A stretch of 20,000 bases of DNA from Chiloscyllium plagiosum (taxonomy: Eukaryota): the NCBI RefSeq assembly GCF_004010195.1, contig NC_057718.1:48460499-48480498 (forward strand). The letters run 5' to 3'. The translations under genes were made by a program, and so were the position numbers. The notes under the pieces were generated by a model. The model did not search any database. It worked only from the letters and a program-made list of their open reading frames with translations, and was not told the origin of the DNA. This document shows positions 1 through 11,032 of this stretch, piece by piece; the first letter of the stretch is position 1; each line of letters starts with the position of its first letter.

Positions 1-238
1 AAAGTAATGTGATATAATTTAATTTAAGCTAATTTGAATTCAGCTTAATTTAATTTTTATTTAATTTGATTGTAGTTTAAGTTAAGTAGATACGTTTTTT
101 TCTGGTAGACTAGTAGGTAGTTTATCATTAATGTATTGTGTTATGACATTGTACTTTTTTTTGTATTTTGGTGTTTTTATATATAATTGTTTTGTAAAAT
201 ATCTGAGCATTTTTAATAAAAAAAGTATTAAAAAAAAA
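1..238 (+). mobile_element. 3' end of a poly(A)-tailed retroelement (possibly L1/Tx1-like) abutting a CR1
   Basis: AT-rich tract ending in AATAAA (215-220) and an A run (230-238). CR1 RT coding sequence (VLAFISRGIE, minus strand) stops abruptly at 239. Family assignment is inference. Confidence 0.5.
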
Positions 239-800
239 CTCAATTCCCCTACTAATAAAAGCCAACACACTATATGTCGTCTTAACAGCCCTTTCAATTT
301 GGGTGGCAACTTTGAGAGATCTATCGACGTGGACCCCAAAGTCCCTCAGTTCCTCCACACTGCCATGAATCCTGCCTTTAACCCTGTATTCTGTATTCAA
401 ATTCGACCGTCCAAAATGGACCACTTCAAACTTTTCCAGGTTGAACTCCATCTGCTACGTTTCAAGCCAGTTCTGCATCCTGTCATTGTCCCGTTGCAAC
501 CTATAACAGCCCTCCACACTATCCACTGCTCCACCAACCTTCGTGTCATCGGCAAACTTACTAATCCACTCTTCCACTTCCTCAGCCATGTCATTTATAA
601 AAATCACAAAGAGCAAAGGTCCCAGCCTGGATCCCTTCGGAACACCACTGGTCACTGAGCTCCAGTCTGAAAGTTTCCATCTACTGCCACCCTCTGTCTT
701 CTATGTGCCAGCCAATTCTGTATCCAGACAGCCAAATTTCCCTATATCCCGTGCTTCCTTACTTTCTGAATGAGCCTACCATGGGGAACCTTATCAAACT
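239..800 (-). mobile_element. CR1 LINE ORF2 reverse transcriptase fragment, comparatively well preserved
   Basis: Minus-strand peptides FDKVPHGRLIQKVR, VTSGVPKGSRLGPLLFVIFINDM, ISKFADDTKVGG, FNLEKFEVVHFGRSN and DFGVHVDRSLK are typical CR1 RT motifs; some stops/frameshifts. Confidence 0.95.
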
Positions 801-1860
801 TCTCTGCATAAAATTTCATGTGCCACTTGCCAGCCTATTGATATCAATATGTCCATGTCCTTTTGAAGTTACACACTACCTCTTCACAGTTCAGTGTAAC
901 CAGTAAATTCGCAAATTTTGAACTTATGCCCTGTATACTTATGTTTAGGTCATTAATATATATCAGAAAGACCATTGGAACTCCACAATGAGTGGAGTCC
1001 AAAAATGATCCATGACTTTCTATTCTCTGTTCCATCATTCTGCTGTATTTCATAATCATAGTATCAATGTCTCCTTTATTTCATGAGCAAAAACGTTGCT
1101 CATAAATCTGTTGTGCAATGCTTCAACAGATGTCTTCTGGAAGTCATTGTACAGCACATTAATGGCATGATAACAACTCAAACATGATTTTCCTTTAACA
1201 AGTCTGTTTTGGCTTTCCTTCATTAATCCGCAGTTATCTAAGGTCCTGTTAATCTTGCCCCAGACATTAATTTTTCCTGGATTATTAATTCTAGAAGCTT
1301 CCCTACCACTGAGATTAAACTGTCCATCTTGCTGTTGCTGTTATCTTTACTTTGTCCTCTGAACCTATGTGTAACATTTATCTATCTCCTTTCGTCTGGC
1401 ACCACCTCTGAGTCTGAAGAAGACTAGAAAATTACAGAAGTACTTCTGCAATTATTATTATTCTCACTTCTCTCAATATCCCTTGATTCAACCCATTTGG
1501 GAAATGGTGCTTTATCAATTTTAATTAGTTATCTTATCCAATTCTGTGTCCTTACCAACTTTAAACCTTGCAACTGTCTTCGAGTTACACCCTCTTTCAC
1601 TATGACTCTGTACAGCACCTTGCTCCTTTGCAAAGCATTAATTTAATACATCAACCATACCTGCAGCTCCATGTAAATTCCCTTTTTGGTACTATCTACT
1701 TTGCTTACAGAAGACTTTTGGATTGCCTTTTTATATTATCTGTTAATCTCTCTTCATTCTCTCTTTGCTTCTCTTGTATGCTTTTTCACTTCCTCTCTGA
1801 ACTTACCATATGCAGCCCGATTCTTATTTGTATTATCCACCTGATATCTCCATTTTAATC
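801..1860 (-). mobile_element. Older, more decayed CR1 LINE ORF2 fragment
   Basis: Degenerate FLIYINDLNISIQGISSKFA (~905-970), SLISVVGKLLE (~1290-1322) and KGNPKVF (~1705-1730). It repeats the RT region seen in 239-800, so it is a separate element. Ends approximate. Confidence 0.75.
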
Positions 1861-2037
1861 TCTTTGTTCCTCATCAAATTCTCTTTCTAATTTATTTTAA
1901 GGAAAATGGGTATTAGCTAGTTGAGCAGCAACAACCGCAAACTCTTTAAGTGTTTCAGTGAACAACATAACCTGAAGGACATTTAACTGTGTTGTAACTA
2001 TCTTCCTGATTATAGCACTAACACAGTCCATTTATCA

Positions 2038-2151
2038 CATCATATGCTTCCAAAATCAGTCCTGAAGAAGGGTTACACCCAAAACGTAGACTTCTCCACC
2101 TCCTGATGCCCTGGCTTGCTGTGTTCTTCCAGCCTCCTGCTTGTCTGCCAT
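2038..2151 (+). mobile_element. Short Penelope-like-derived insertion (family A) with hammerhead motif
   Basis: Similar to 4337-4420 (CTGAnGAAGGG..CCC..AAAC..TCCTGATGC..TGCTGTG..TTCCAG). Candidate 8-bp TSD ATTTATCA at 2030-2037 and 2152-2159. Confidence 0.7.
2058..2092 (+). ncRNA. Minimal type I hammerhead ribozyme, G12>A (probably inactive)
   Basis: AGTC|CTGAAGA|A|GGGT-TAC-ACCC|AAAA|CG|TA|GACT: stem I AGTC/GACT, stem II 4 bp, ACGT palindrome at stem III. GAAA has become AAAA, consistent with CpG decay. Confidence 0.75.
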
Positions 2152-3080
2152 ATTTATCAACCAATTAAATCTTAGGACATTAAACTGGTTTCATCACTAA
2201 AGTATCGAGATTAAATTTAACACCTATTTTGCAATACATCTTATTCTTAGAACATGAGCTACCAGGGTTATTCAGAGTAGGCATGCTCAGAATGAGTTTT
2301 CTGATTGGTGGCACCTGAAGGGTTACGGAATGAAATTTAATTCATAATTTAATTCACATTTCCATGTGATGTGTTTACCATATATTTAGAATGGTTTTGG
2401 AAGGCAATTCTTTATCACTTTAACTTGTGAAGTCTTGGACCTTTCTTGAATAAGTGACCTGCAGAGTGGCATGTTAATGTTTACTTTGTTTAAAAGGATA
2501 CCTATTTATGGACTCTAACTTTTAATGCAACCTTTCAGAATTAACAAGGCAATCATTTTAGGTGGCTGTGATTGTCCTTTCCACTTGCAGTCAAAAATAA
2601 TCTTTTCTATATAGTGCAGCACTATTCCTTTCTGGTACTACTTGTCATTTTGTGTGATAATGTAATTGTATCCTGGAAAAAACATTTAAAAAAAAAAATT
2701 CATTTAGTAGTGCTAACTTTTGCCTAATGCTACCAAATAGTATAAATACTTTAGTGTTGCATAACTCTGGAATGTATTAACCTGCAATCAACAGCACAGC
2801 TACAGTATTGCATTGAGTATGGAAAGTTTATGAATTAATTGCTGTGGTTGGTTTTGAAGCCAGAAACACACAGTACAAGCATAGATTAGTGGTTCTAAGC
2901 TTTAAAATATAACCAAAAATGGGATTGTACTTTAATTTTATAATGGATGTTGGTATGAATTGCCTTCACTGTTTTCATTCATGTAGCCTTGATTAATTTT
3001 GGTTCATTCTAAATATGGTCTTTAAATTTTATGTTACTCTTTGGTGTGAAAGAGTTCTAAAGACTGCTTGTGTCAATTAC

Positions 3081-3098
3081 TTTGCTTTGTTCTTTCAG
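3081..3098 (+). promoter_or_regulatory. Polypyrimidine tract and 3' splice acceptor of the mARC last exon
   Basis: TTTGCTTTGTTCTTTCAG immediately precedes the coding match; phase-2 junction (one base, then TAC at 3100). Confidence 0.9.
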
Positions 3099-3228
3099 AT
3101 ACCGTCAGTGTGACCCATCTGAAAAACACATTTACAAATCTGTCCCCGTGATTGGTTCACACTATGGGATTGAAAAACGTGGAGTGATTCGTGTAGGGGA
3201 CCCTGTGTATTTGATTGTTGATCAGTAG
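3099..3228 (+). CDS. MTARC1: Last coding exon of mitochondrial amidoxime reducing component (mARC, MOSC domain C-terminus); MTARC1 vs MTARC2 not resolvable
   Basis: Reads YRQCDPSEKHIYKSVPVIGSHYGIEKRGVIRVGDPVYLIVDQ* (TAG 3226-3228), matching the vertebrate mARC C-terminus as recalled (YRxCDPSE...G.I.VGDPVY). Canonical acceptor upstream; earlier exons not seen in the window. Confidence 0.93.
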
Positions 3229-4011
3229 GAATGAACGATAACAGAAAAAGCGCTGTTTCTCTTTTAAAAGGATGAAAAATTTAATGTCTTTACTTGTGGA
3301 AACACTTATCATTGTGCCATTAATTGCTTGTAAAGGTCATCAGTTGAGGATTTAAGTGAAGCTAGAGTTTTTCCTGCTGAACGTTGCTTTAATTGAATAA
3401 TTATTTTCTTAAAAGATGAGCTCGTGAATTATTGGCCTATTTCTACAATTTTTTATTGGTATGAAACATTTAATCATTGTTGAAAAGTACTGAATATTAT
3501 TGCTAGGCATTTGCTTTAAAAACCTACAAGGAGTTAGTCACTTCCATACCTTTAAATTTTATTCCATCCTTACTTCTGAGCTTCCTCCCCCACACCCTCC
3601 TCCAAATATGCAGTTACTTTTAACGAAAAGCTGCGAGAATTGTCTTTGATGATCTAGCAAGCCCACCCCATGCAAAGAGCTGAAGTAACCGATCCAAGTA
3701 GTGACAAGTTCACTGAAATACTTAAAGTCAGTGACTTTGTGTTTGTCAATATTAATTCTGCTCCACATCAATCTTTTCAAATTCAACAGGAACATTTGCT
3801 AATCCTTAACTGCACACAACAGTGTTAAATGTGTGTCTATATCCAGAACAGTTGAAAATGGGTGGGAAGAGGGATGATATTTCCAGCATATTAAAAGAAG
3901 TGAAAATAGCTGATAATGTGGTACCCAATTGTGAAAGGGTAAAATCAGCCATAAAAGTAGGAAGTTCACCAATGTATACTTCATTTATTAGTATTGCTAT
4001 ACTTTCTCTGA

Positions 4012-4017
4012 AATAAA
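4012..4017 (+). terminator. Candidate proximal polyadenylation signal for mARC
   Basis: AATAAA about 0.8 kb after the stop codon; use not demonstrated. Confidence 0.4.
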
Positions 4018-4251
4018 AAGTATTTCTGTGAACCACTTCAGTTGGTTAAAATGCTGAGCTGCCATCTGCCTCAAAATTCAAGTATGTGCAGATTTTAGGT
4101 TTCATGTTTCTCCCACTCTTCCTCTTTTAGACAGTGACATGCACTCACAGTTTTTTTTAAAACTTGGTTTTTATTCTTAAAGTAGTAAATTCAGAATAAC
4201 ATAAAGAAGCCCATCTAACTTGCAAGAAGGCTAAGCTTCTATTGAATTTTG

Positions 4252-4425
4252 GGTGAAAGCGAGGACTGCAGATGCTGGAGATCAGAGACAAGATTAGCGT
4301 GGTGCTGGAAAAGCACAGCAAACTTCATCAGGATTCTTGATGAAGGGCTTATGCCCGAAACATCGATTTTCCTGCTCCTCTGATGCTGCCTGACCTGCTG
4401 TGCTTTTCCAGTACCATACTAATCT
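4252..4425. mobile_element. Palindromic Penelope-like-derived insertion (family A) with 16-bp TSD
   Basis: AGATTAGCGTGGTGCTGGAAAAGCACAGCA is the inverted copy of TGCTGTGCTTTTCCAGTACCATACTAATCT; centre CTTCATCAGG-ATTC-TTGATGAAG. TSD CTTCTA(T/A)TGAATTTTG at 4236-4251 and 4426-4441. Confidence 0.85.
4333..4368 (+). ncRNA. Minimal hammerhead ribozyme, C3>U and stem III decayed
   Basis: ATTC|TTGATGA|A|GGGC-TTAT-GCCC|GAAA|CA|TC|GATT. Confidence 0.7.
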
Positions 4426-5031
4426 CTTCTAATGAATTTTGCAGAGTGTGAATATCAATTGCTGCAGGTGGTTTACATAGATTCTTTGTCTGAAGGCTCT
4501 TTCCCTGATGAATATAACTTTTTCTACTGTGCCAATCAGTGGTTCCAGTAGTCCAATTAATTTTGGTAATCTATTCCTCTCTGGAGTCAGTGCTGAATTT
4601 ACTTGCTGATCGTGCTATGGATTAGATAAATAACTGGTGAGCAATGGTTTAATGAAATAAGGTGATATTGTGATAATGTGACTGCATAACTTAGCTTTTA
4701 GTCTTCTGTCTATTTAGATAATGATGTCTATTTTAAAATCTTTATAGAAAAATGGAAACTTTAATTACTTCCATAAAAATTATTTGGATTTTTTAATGTG
4801 CTTGCATTCGTATCTTGAATATAGATCACCTTTTGTAAGTCAGTGTCATTTATTTATATAGCGTTCCTGTGAAGCACCTTACCATGTTTTATTTGTTAAG
4901 AAGTGCTATAGAAATACAATCTGCTGTTGTTACACTGCATTTTTGTTGAGGGGCTGAATGTAAGACCGTATCAATGCATGTTATGAATTGTAATTATATC
5001 TTATTTTTCTTTATAGACAAGCGATAACCAA

Positions 5032-5037
5032 AATAAA
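5032..5037 (+). terminator. Candidate distal polyadenylation signal (another at 5231-5236)
   Basis: AATAAA hexamers in AT-rich, UTR-like sequence; chance occurrence is possible. Confidence 0.3.
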
Positions 5038-5699
5038 TCTGGGAAATATACAAATCAACATTTGTCGTAATTCCTTCTCTGTAGGCAATGTAGTTTTAGT
5101 ACTTGTTTAGTATCAGGCTCACCTAGTGTTATGAACCAAAAACTTCTAGAAAGGTATTTGAATTTCCAGTAGCTGACTGAAAGGATCTTTCAACAATATT
5201 TTTAAGATTTATTTTACTGTAATTAGTAAAAATAAAAGCAACATTGTTTAAAAACTATTCAGTAGTAGAATTCAACGCCTAGTCAAAAATCCAGAAAAGA
5301 ACCTGTATCAAAATTTTAAAACTACCAAAATTCCACATCATGGATATTAACTCTACCTTAAGTAGAGATGTCATTTTCCAGGAACCTGTCAATAGCTATG
5401 CTTGGCTCCCAATTGTTCTCATTGTGTTGACTTTTCCAGCCAGATAACTTCTAGTCCCCAAGCTGACTTTAATGGTAAGAGTTAGCCTGGAGATTTCTTG
5501 TTGAGGTGGAGCGAGGGAAATCTTACAGTCTTATTTAAATATTTGTCAACTCAATCTCTTCAGTCCAATATCGAGTTCCACCTGAATTCTGTATGATGGA
5601 TGATAGAGGCTGGCTACTTCCTGCTATCTGCTGTTAGATTCTCAGACTAGCTTAAGAAAAATCTAGTGACCTAATATTACAATGTCCTACTGTAGATTA

Positions 5700-6712
5700 T
5701 TCCCTAAATAAAACTGGAGTCATTGAGAATCCAGGACTATCTCTGCTGGATAGTCATGCCAAGCATAAAAGGAAGATTATTATTAGAGGCCAGTCTTCCG
5801 GGTCATGTCGTAGCCCAAATATCTTCATCTGCTTTGTCATAAGGTCAGAATTGAGATTTGTTGATGGTCACACAGTGTTCAGCACCATTCCTGAATCCTC
5901 AGATACTGAAGCAGTCTGTGTCCAAATTCAGCAAGACTTGGACTTCACTCCATCTTGAACTGATAAGGGGCAAGTAACATTTTCACCACACAAGTGCCAG
6001 ATAATGACTATTTCCAAACACAGAATATTGCCTCACTGTTTTCAATGAAATTACTATCACTGAATCCCTCACTATCAACATCCTAGGGTTATCATTTAGC
6101 AGAAACCAAGCTGGACTAACCATACAAAAACTATGGCAATGACTAGATTAATAGGCTAGTTACCAAAGAAGTCTAGCCATCATCTGATTCCTAGGTCAGG
6201 AGTGTGATGGAATACTCTCTACTGCATGGATGAGTGCAGCTCCAATAAAACTAAATTAAGCTCAATATCATCCAAGACAAAGTTGCCTGCTTAATTGACA
6301 CCACATCTGACACCTTTGACATATGCTCCGTTCATCACTGATGCATAGTACTAGCAGTGTGTACCGTCTATAAAATGCACTGCAACAATTCATTAAAACT
6401 CCTTTAGACAGCACTGTTAAAACCTATGACCTCTTATCGAGAAGGACAAGGCAGCTGATATACGTCAATACTGTCATCTGCAAATTCCCCTTCATCCACA
6501 TACTGTCCTGATTTGGACCTATACTGACATTTCTTCACCTTGGTCAAAATCATGAAACGTACCTCCCTAAGAGCACTATGGCTGTGTCTGACCACAGGGA
6601 CCTCAGTGGTTCAAGAAGGCAACTTAACACCACATCCTTGAGAACAGTTAGGGCAGAGGATAAATGCTGGCTGAGCGAGCAACACCCACATCCTGTAAAG
6701 GAATAAGCAAAA
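5700..6712 (+). mobile_element. Decayed CR1/L2-group LINE 3' part (RT to tail)
   Basis: Degenerate GPNIFICF, FVDGHTVF (FADD-like), IQQDLD, VTFSPHKCQ and VRSVMEYS motifs; tail TAAATGCTGG...CCCACATCC. Inverted homolog at 19175-19706. Confidence 0.75.
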
Positions 6713-7344
6713 GCTAATCTCTCGGTAACCAATTGCCGTGTGGGTGAATTGACATCGGTTCCAGAAGCTGTTGCTGAACACAGACCCCTGAGATCTGTGC
6801 AGCAGCAGGAAAAATTAGAACATAGACATCGAGCCAATGCACCCAATAGACCTAACCCTTTCTGAAGCTGACTTAATACCCCAATATTACCCCACCCACC
6901 CCCAACTGACCTAGCCTGCCCCAGACCTGACACCTTTCCAATCTGACCGAACACTGCCCTCTCATCCAACATCAAACCAATATCCCCAACTCTAAGCATT
7001 CATCCATTTATATCATGATATTTGAAGGGTCTGTTTCCATGCTGTATTAGTCTATAAACATGAATCAAATAGGCATTGCAACCGGTAGAAAATAAACCCC
7101 TTACTCTAATCTGTTTTGAATTTGTTTAGACAATCTCAAATATAACATTTACAGATCTTGCCATTCTGAACATCCTCTGCCCCATCAACTTGAGAGTCCT
7201 GAAGATGAGCAGTCTACTCAGTCTTAATGAATGCCCTTATTATTGTCCACAAGTCTTATCATGTATCTTCTTTCCCATAAATCAAATTGGGCTTTACCAT
7301 CTCTGTAGCAAACAAACCACTGGACTGTGATGTGAAATACAATG

Positions 7345-7835
7345 AACATTTTTGGTCCCCTTATTTAAGGAAAGATAGACTAGCATTGGAGGCATTCTAG
7401 AGAAAGTTCAGTATATTGGCACCAGGTCTGGAGGAGCTGACTTTGAGGAGAGGTTGAGTTGGTTGGAGTACCTATTGGAGTTTTGAAGAGTGAAAGGCAA
7501 GTTTATTGAAACATATAAGATTCTTGCAGGACTTCGCAGGATAGGTGCTTAGAGGTTGGTTCTCTTTGTGGGACAGTCTAGGACCAGAGGATATAATGTC
7601 AATATGAGGGGTTGCCTATTAAGGTAGATGAGGAATATCTCTCTGAGTGTAGTGAATCTGTAGCATTCTTTGCAGAAGAGGGCTGAGGAGGCTGGATTTT
7701 AAAAAGTCTATCTCCACCTTGAGTATACTTAATCAATAAGGGAATGGAAGATTATGAGGAAAAGGCAGAAAAGTGGAGTTAAATTTTGAATGGCACACCA
7801 GATTGGTGGGCTGAATGGCCTACTTCTGCTCTTAA
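7345..7835 (+). mobile_element. CR1 LINE 3' fragment
   Basis: FWSPYLRKDRLALE, FEERL and FIETYKIL motifs; tail GGGCTGAATGGCCTACTTCTGCTC. Confidence 0.85.
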
Positions 7836-9059
7836 GACCACATTTCAGTAGTAACCGCTTGTAACCTATCCCTTTTTTTCTACTTCTCTTGCACCTGCCT
7901 TCTTTCCGTGGAAACTATTTGTATATTCCCAGCACCACCCTACCAGGCTCAGGAGGTAGAAGTCCTGACAGACATGCACATTTATTCTTGGACCTCTCCT
8001 TACCTTGGCCTCAGCACTCACCCACTCCTATCACACCACTAGCCAAACCATGCTCACTACAAAGATTTCTCAGCCACTCATTCACTTCCTTCCTTTTCTT
8101 TCCCTCTTACGTACCCTGCTAGTTGCTCATCCAATCCCAGGCTGTTTCTCTCCCATGTTCACTGCTGATAGGCTCATAGTGAATCTAGCCAGAAGACCTG
8201 GATTCATGTCCCGTCTGCAGCTGAGATTTGTCATTAAGTTGAATAGGTTTATTACAAATATCTGTAACGACTGCTGAAGAAAGAAAACTGGTTTCCTTTC
8301 GGTTAAATAAGCGCCTGATCACTTCTCTCTGCTTTTTGTTCTTAGCCCCAAGCTGTTCACTAACCTGCGAGCCAATCACATGGTTGTTGGCACACAAAAG
8401 ACTTTTGTCATTCATAACTGCTCAATAGTCCATAGACCAATTAACTTCTTGAAACCAACCGAGCACCATCTGAAAGTAAACCCTCCATGGTTCCTGGTTG
8501 TTGGACCTTTCAGTTACTGCTTGTTTAAGCAGATGTATAAATCATACTTGCCTTGAGTGTCAGATTATGTATTTCTCAAAGCATGCAGCAATCCTTGCAA
8601 AATAATAGTATTAAAGCAATTCTTCCTCATTTCAGTCCACAATTTAAAAAAAACACAACAAAAATAAAATACGTGGTCTCTACACTATTGATATTTTTTA
8701 TCTCTCCAATATCAGAACTGACCAATTTTTCTGGTCTAATTTCTCCATTAGCCCTGACATTTTAAAAGATCTGAAACCAGATCCCTATAATCGTCCTCTT
8801 CAGGAAAGCACAGATCTTAATAGATGGTCTTTTCCTATAACTCAGCTCTTTATTCTTGTTCTAGATTGAATCATGTTTCATAATACTCTAGATAGTGTCT
8901 CAGAAAGGTAAGATGCAATTTCCAAATTATTTTCTTTGACTTATTGATCTTAATGCTAACTGTTATGTAACTTTTTTTTGTTGTCCTGATGCCAGTCGGC
9001 ACATTGAAGTGATGTCAACAATGCCTTAGCCAGCAAATTCCCAGTTTATCTTCATAAAT

Positions 9060-9410
9060 TATGGCTCAGAAGAGTCTGTTTAGCACTTCCTGTGTGGCAT
9101 TTCCTGTCTCTGAATGAACAATATTCCTTTTTCTCCATTTTCTCCCTGTACTCCTGAAGGTTCTCCCTTTTGAGATTAATCTAATTCCTTCTTGAATGCC
9201 TTGATTGAACCTAGCTCCACAACACTGTCAGGCAGAGCACTCTAGATCTTATCTACTCATTGATTGCAAATGTTTCCCCTCATGTGTCCATCACTTCTTT
9301 TTGCCAATTGCCTTAAATCTGTGCCTTATTGTTAATCGTATCGCCAGTGCAAAATTATTAACTAGCTACTCTGTGGTCACCCCTCAAAAATTTGAGTACT
9401 TCTGTAATTT
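9060..9410 (-). mobile_element. Old CR1 LINE 3' fragment
   Basis: Minus strand resembles the CR1 end of ORF2 (GCACAGATTTAAGGCAATTGGCAAAA; GCTCTGCCTGACAGTGTTGTGGAG; GGCATTCAAGAAGGAATTAGAT). Ends approximate. Confidence 0.65.
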
Positions 9411-9432
9411 AAAAATTTAATTGCTATAGAAA

Positions 9433-9547
9433 TGGGCCCTTGTTGCATAAGTGGTACTGCCCCTACATCTGAGCCAGGAGGCCTGAGTTCATGTCCCACC
9501 TGATCCAGTGTAGTAATATCTCTGAACAGCTTGAACAGAAAATATCT
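9433..9547 (+). mobile_element. tRNA-derived SINE head, decayed
   Basis: A-box-like TTGCATAAGTGG and B-box-like GAGTTCATGTCC at tRNA-like spacing; no intact cloverleaf seen. Confidence 0.55.
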
Positions 9548-9814
9548 TAATTATTGTAGCAGGAGGCTAAGCTAGCCAGTGATTCATTCAAGGTTCTAAA
9601 TTAGAGATCAGCTTTTTCAAACTGCACAGTCAGTAAGGGGCACATGCTCAGGAGATTGTGTCTGTGTGACAAGTTGGCTGAGTGAGTAGCATATTAGGTT
9701 CGCATGGGGATTCGGTGTATGTGGAAAAGAAGTGTTTTAGATCAGGCTTATTTCAACAATGAAGTAAGTAAAGGAAAATACAGGAAACAAATGGAAGTGA
9801 AGCAAAGCTAAGGC

Positions 9815-10570
9815 ATGGCAGGACAGCTCGGTTGTGTGGAATGTATGTTCTGCAAACCTGGTTTTAGAGCTGAAGTGGCAGCTGGAATCTCTGTGACACA
9901 TGCACAAGTTTTAGAGATATGTGGATTGTACTCTCACAGAGATTATCACACTGCAGACTATAAACATGGAGATAAAGAGGGAACAGCTGTCTGTCAGGCT
10001 GTCTCAGAGCACCAGGCAGGTAATGCAGGAGTCCCCTAAGAACTCCTTTGCAAATCAGTTTTCTGATTTGGATACTGGTGAGCATTTTGTAGTTACAGCC
10101 AAATTCACAGCACCATCGGCAGCTGAGCCATATAAGAGGGGAAAGAAATGAAGAGTAGTGATAGGGGATTAGTAAAGGGAACAGGCAGTCATTTCAGAGG
10201 CTGCAGAGGTCACTTCAGGATGGTATGTTGCCTCTCTGGTACCAGGTTCAAGAATATCATACAGCAGCCTGTAAGCCATTACTCTGGGGAGGAACAAGTG
10301 AATAGCAAAATGTTGTGGTCAGTATTGATACCTGTGACTTAGAAATGAAGGGGGATGAGATATTGAAAGTGGACATGGAAGTAGGAGAATTGAACAATTC
10401 AACAAGTGAATAGAGAACTGTTCTTGGAGAGAGGGTATCAGATTTGTAACACAATGCAGACCATTTCTGGGACAGGTGGGACTTGCACAAGATTGCAACC
10501 TTGCAGGTCCTGGACTAATATCCTAGCCTGGATATTTATTTGTGCTTTTCAGTTTAAAATAGATTGGACA
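9815..10570 (+). mobile_element. CR1 LINE ORF1 remnant (Cys-rich N-terminus and SGNH esterase-like domain)
   Basis: MAGQLGCVECMFC, NSFANQFSDL, VVIGD-like, LVKGT and RMVCCLSGTRFKNI match CR1 ORF1 motifs (VIGDSxVRG, VCCLPGARV); heavily frameshifted. Confidence 0.8.
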
Positions 10571-10909
10571 GGGACCTGAGAAGGACTCAACTTCAAGGGC
10601 AGCAGAACTGCTAAAAGGAAATAGATACAAAAATAGATTACTGGCAAGTATAAAATATGATTTTTAAAAAATGCATTTCTGAATTTTGAGAATTTTCAAT
10701 GAAAGCTTTTCATTCCAACAGTTCTCTCTTGAGCTCAGTCGTATTCTCAACCTACCTTGCCAATTCACCTTGACGAGAACCTGTCAAGTGACCTGCAAAT
10801 GGGTTGATGATTTGTGTGCACATACTGATTTAATTGCCATTAAAATGTCACGACAGAGTGACCAAGATTGGGAACTGAATATCCAAGGATAGGCATTTGG
10901 GAGGGCTAG

Positions 10910-11032
10910 GAGAAAGTGAGGACTGCAGATGCTGGAAATCAGAGTCAAGAGTGTGGCACTGGAAAAGCACAGCAGGTCAGGCAGCATCCGAGGAACAGGA
11001 GAGTTGACGTTTCGGGCAAGAGCTCTTCATCA
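10910..11032 (-). mobile_element. Short Penelope-like-derived insertion (family A) with 16-bp TSD
   Basis: Same terminus as 4252 (GAAAG(C/T)GAGGACTGCAGATGCTGGA). TSD CATTT(G/A)GGAGGGCTAG at 10894-10909 and 11033-11048. Confidence 0.88.
11002..11032 (-). ncRNA. Truncated hammerhead ribozyme (lacks C3 and the 5' strand of stem I)
   Basis: Minus strand: TGATGA|A|GAGC-TCTT-GCCC|GAAA|CG|TC|AACT. Confidence 0.7.

Noticed and set aside
131..658. 175-aa plus-strand ORF
   Set aside because: Antisense shadow of the CR1 RT.
3559..4036. Cluster of short ORFs after the mARC stop
   Set aside because: No recognisable homology; consistent with 3' UTR.
4505..4511. CTGATGA heptamer (also CTGAAGA at 8274-8280)
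   Set aside because: No stem II followed by GAAA; expected by chance.
6550..6999. 149-aa minus-strand ORF, and an open plus frame at ~6713-6865
   Set aside because: Overlaps a LINE tail and a C-rich low-complexity tract; no recognisable domain or good splice acceptor.
7195..7225. Possible additional hammerhead (AGTC-CTGAAGA-T-GAGCAG-T-CTACTC)
   Set aside because: No GAAA or cleavage triplet after the hairpin and no family A/B flanks; at most a relic.
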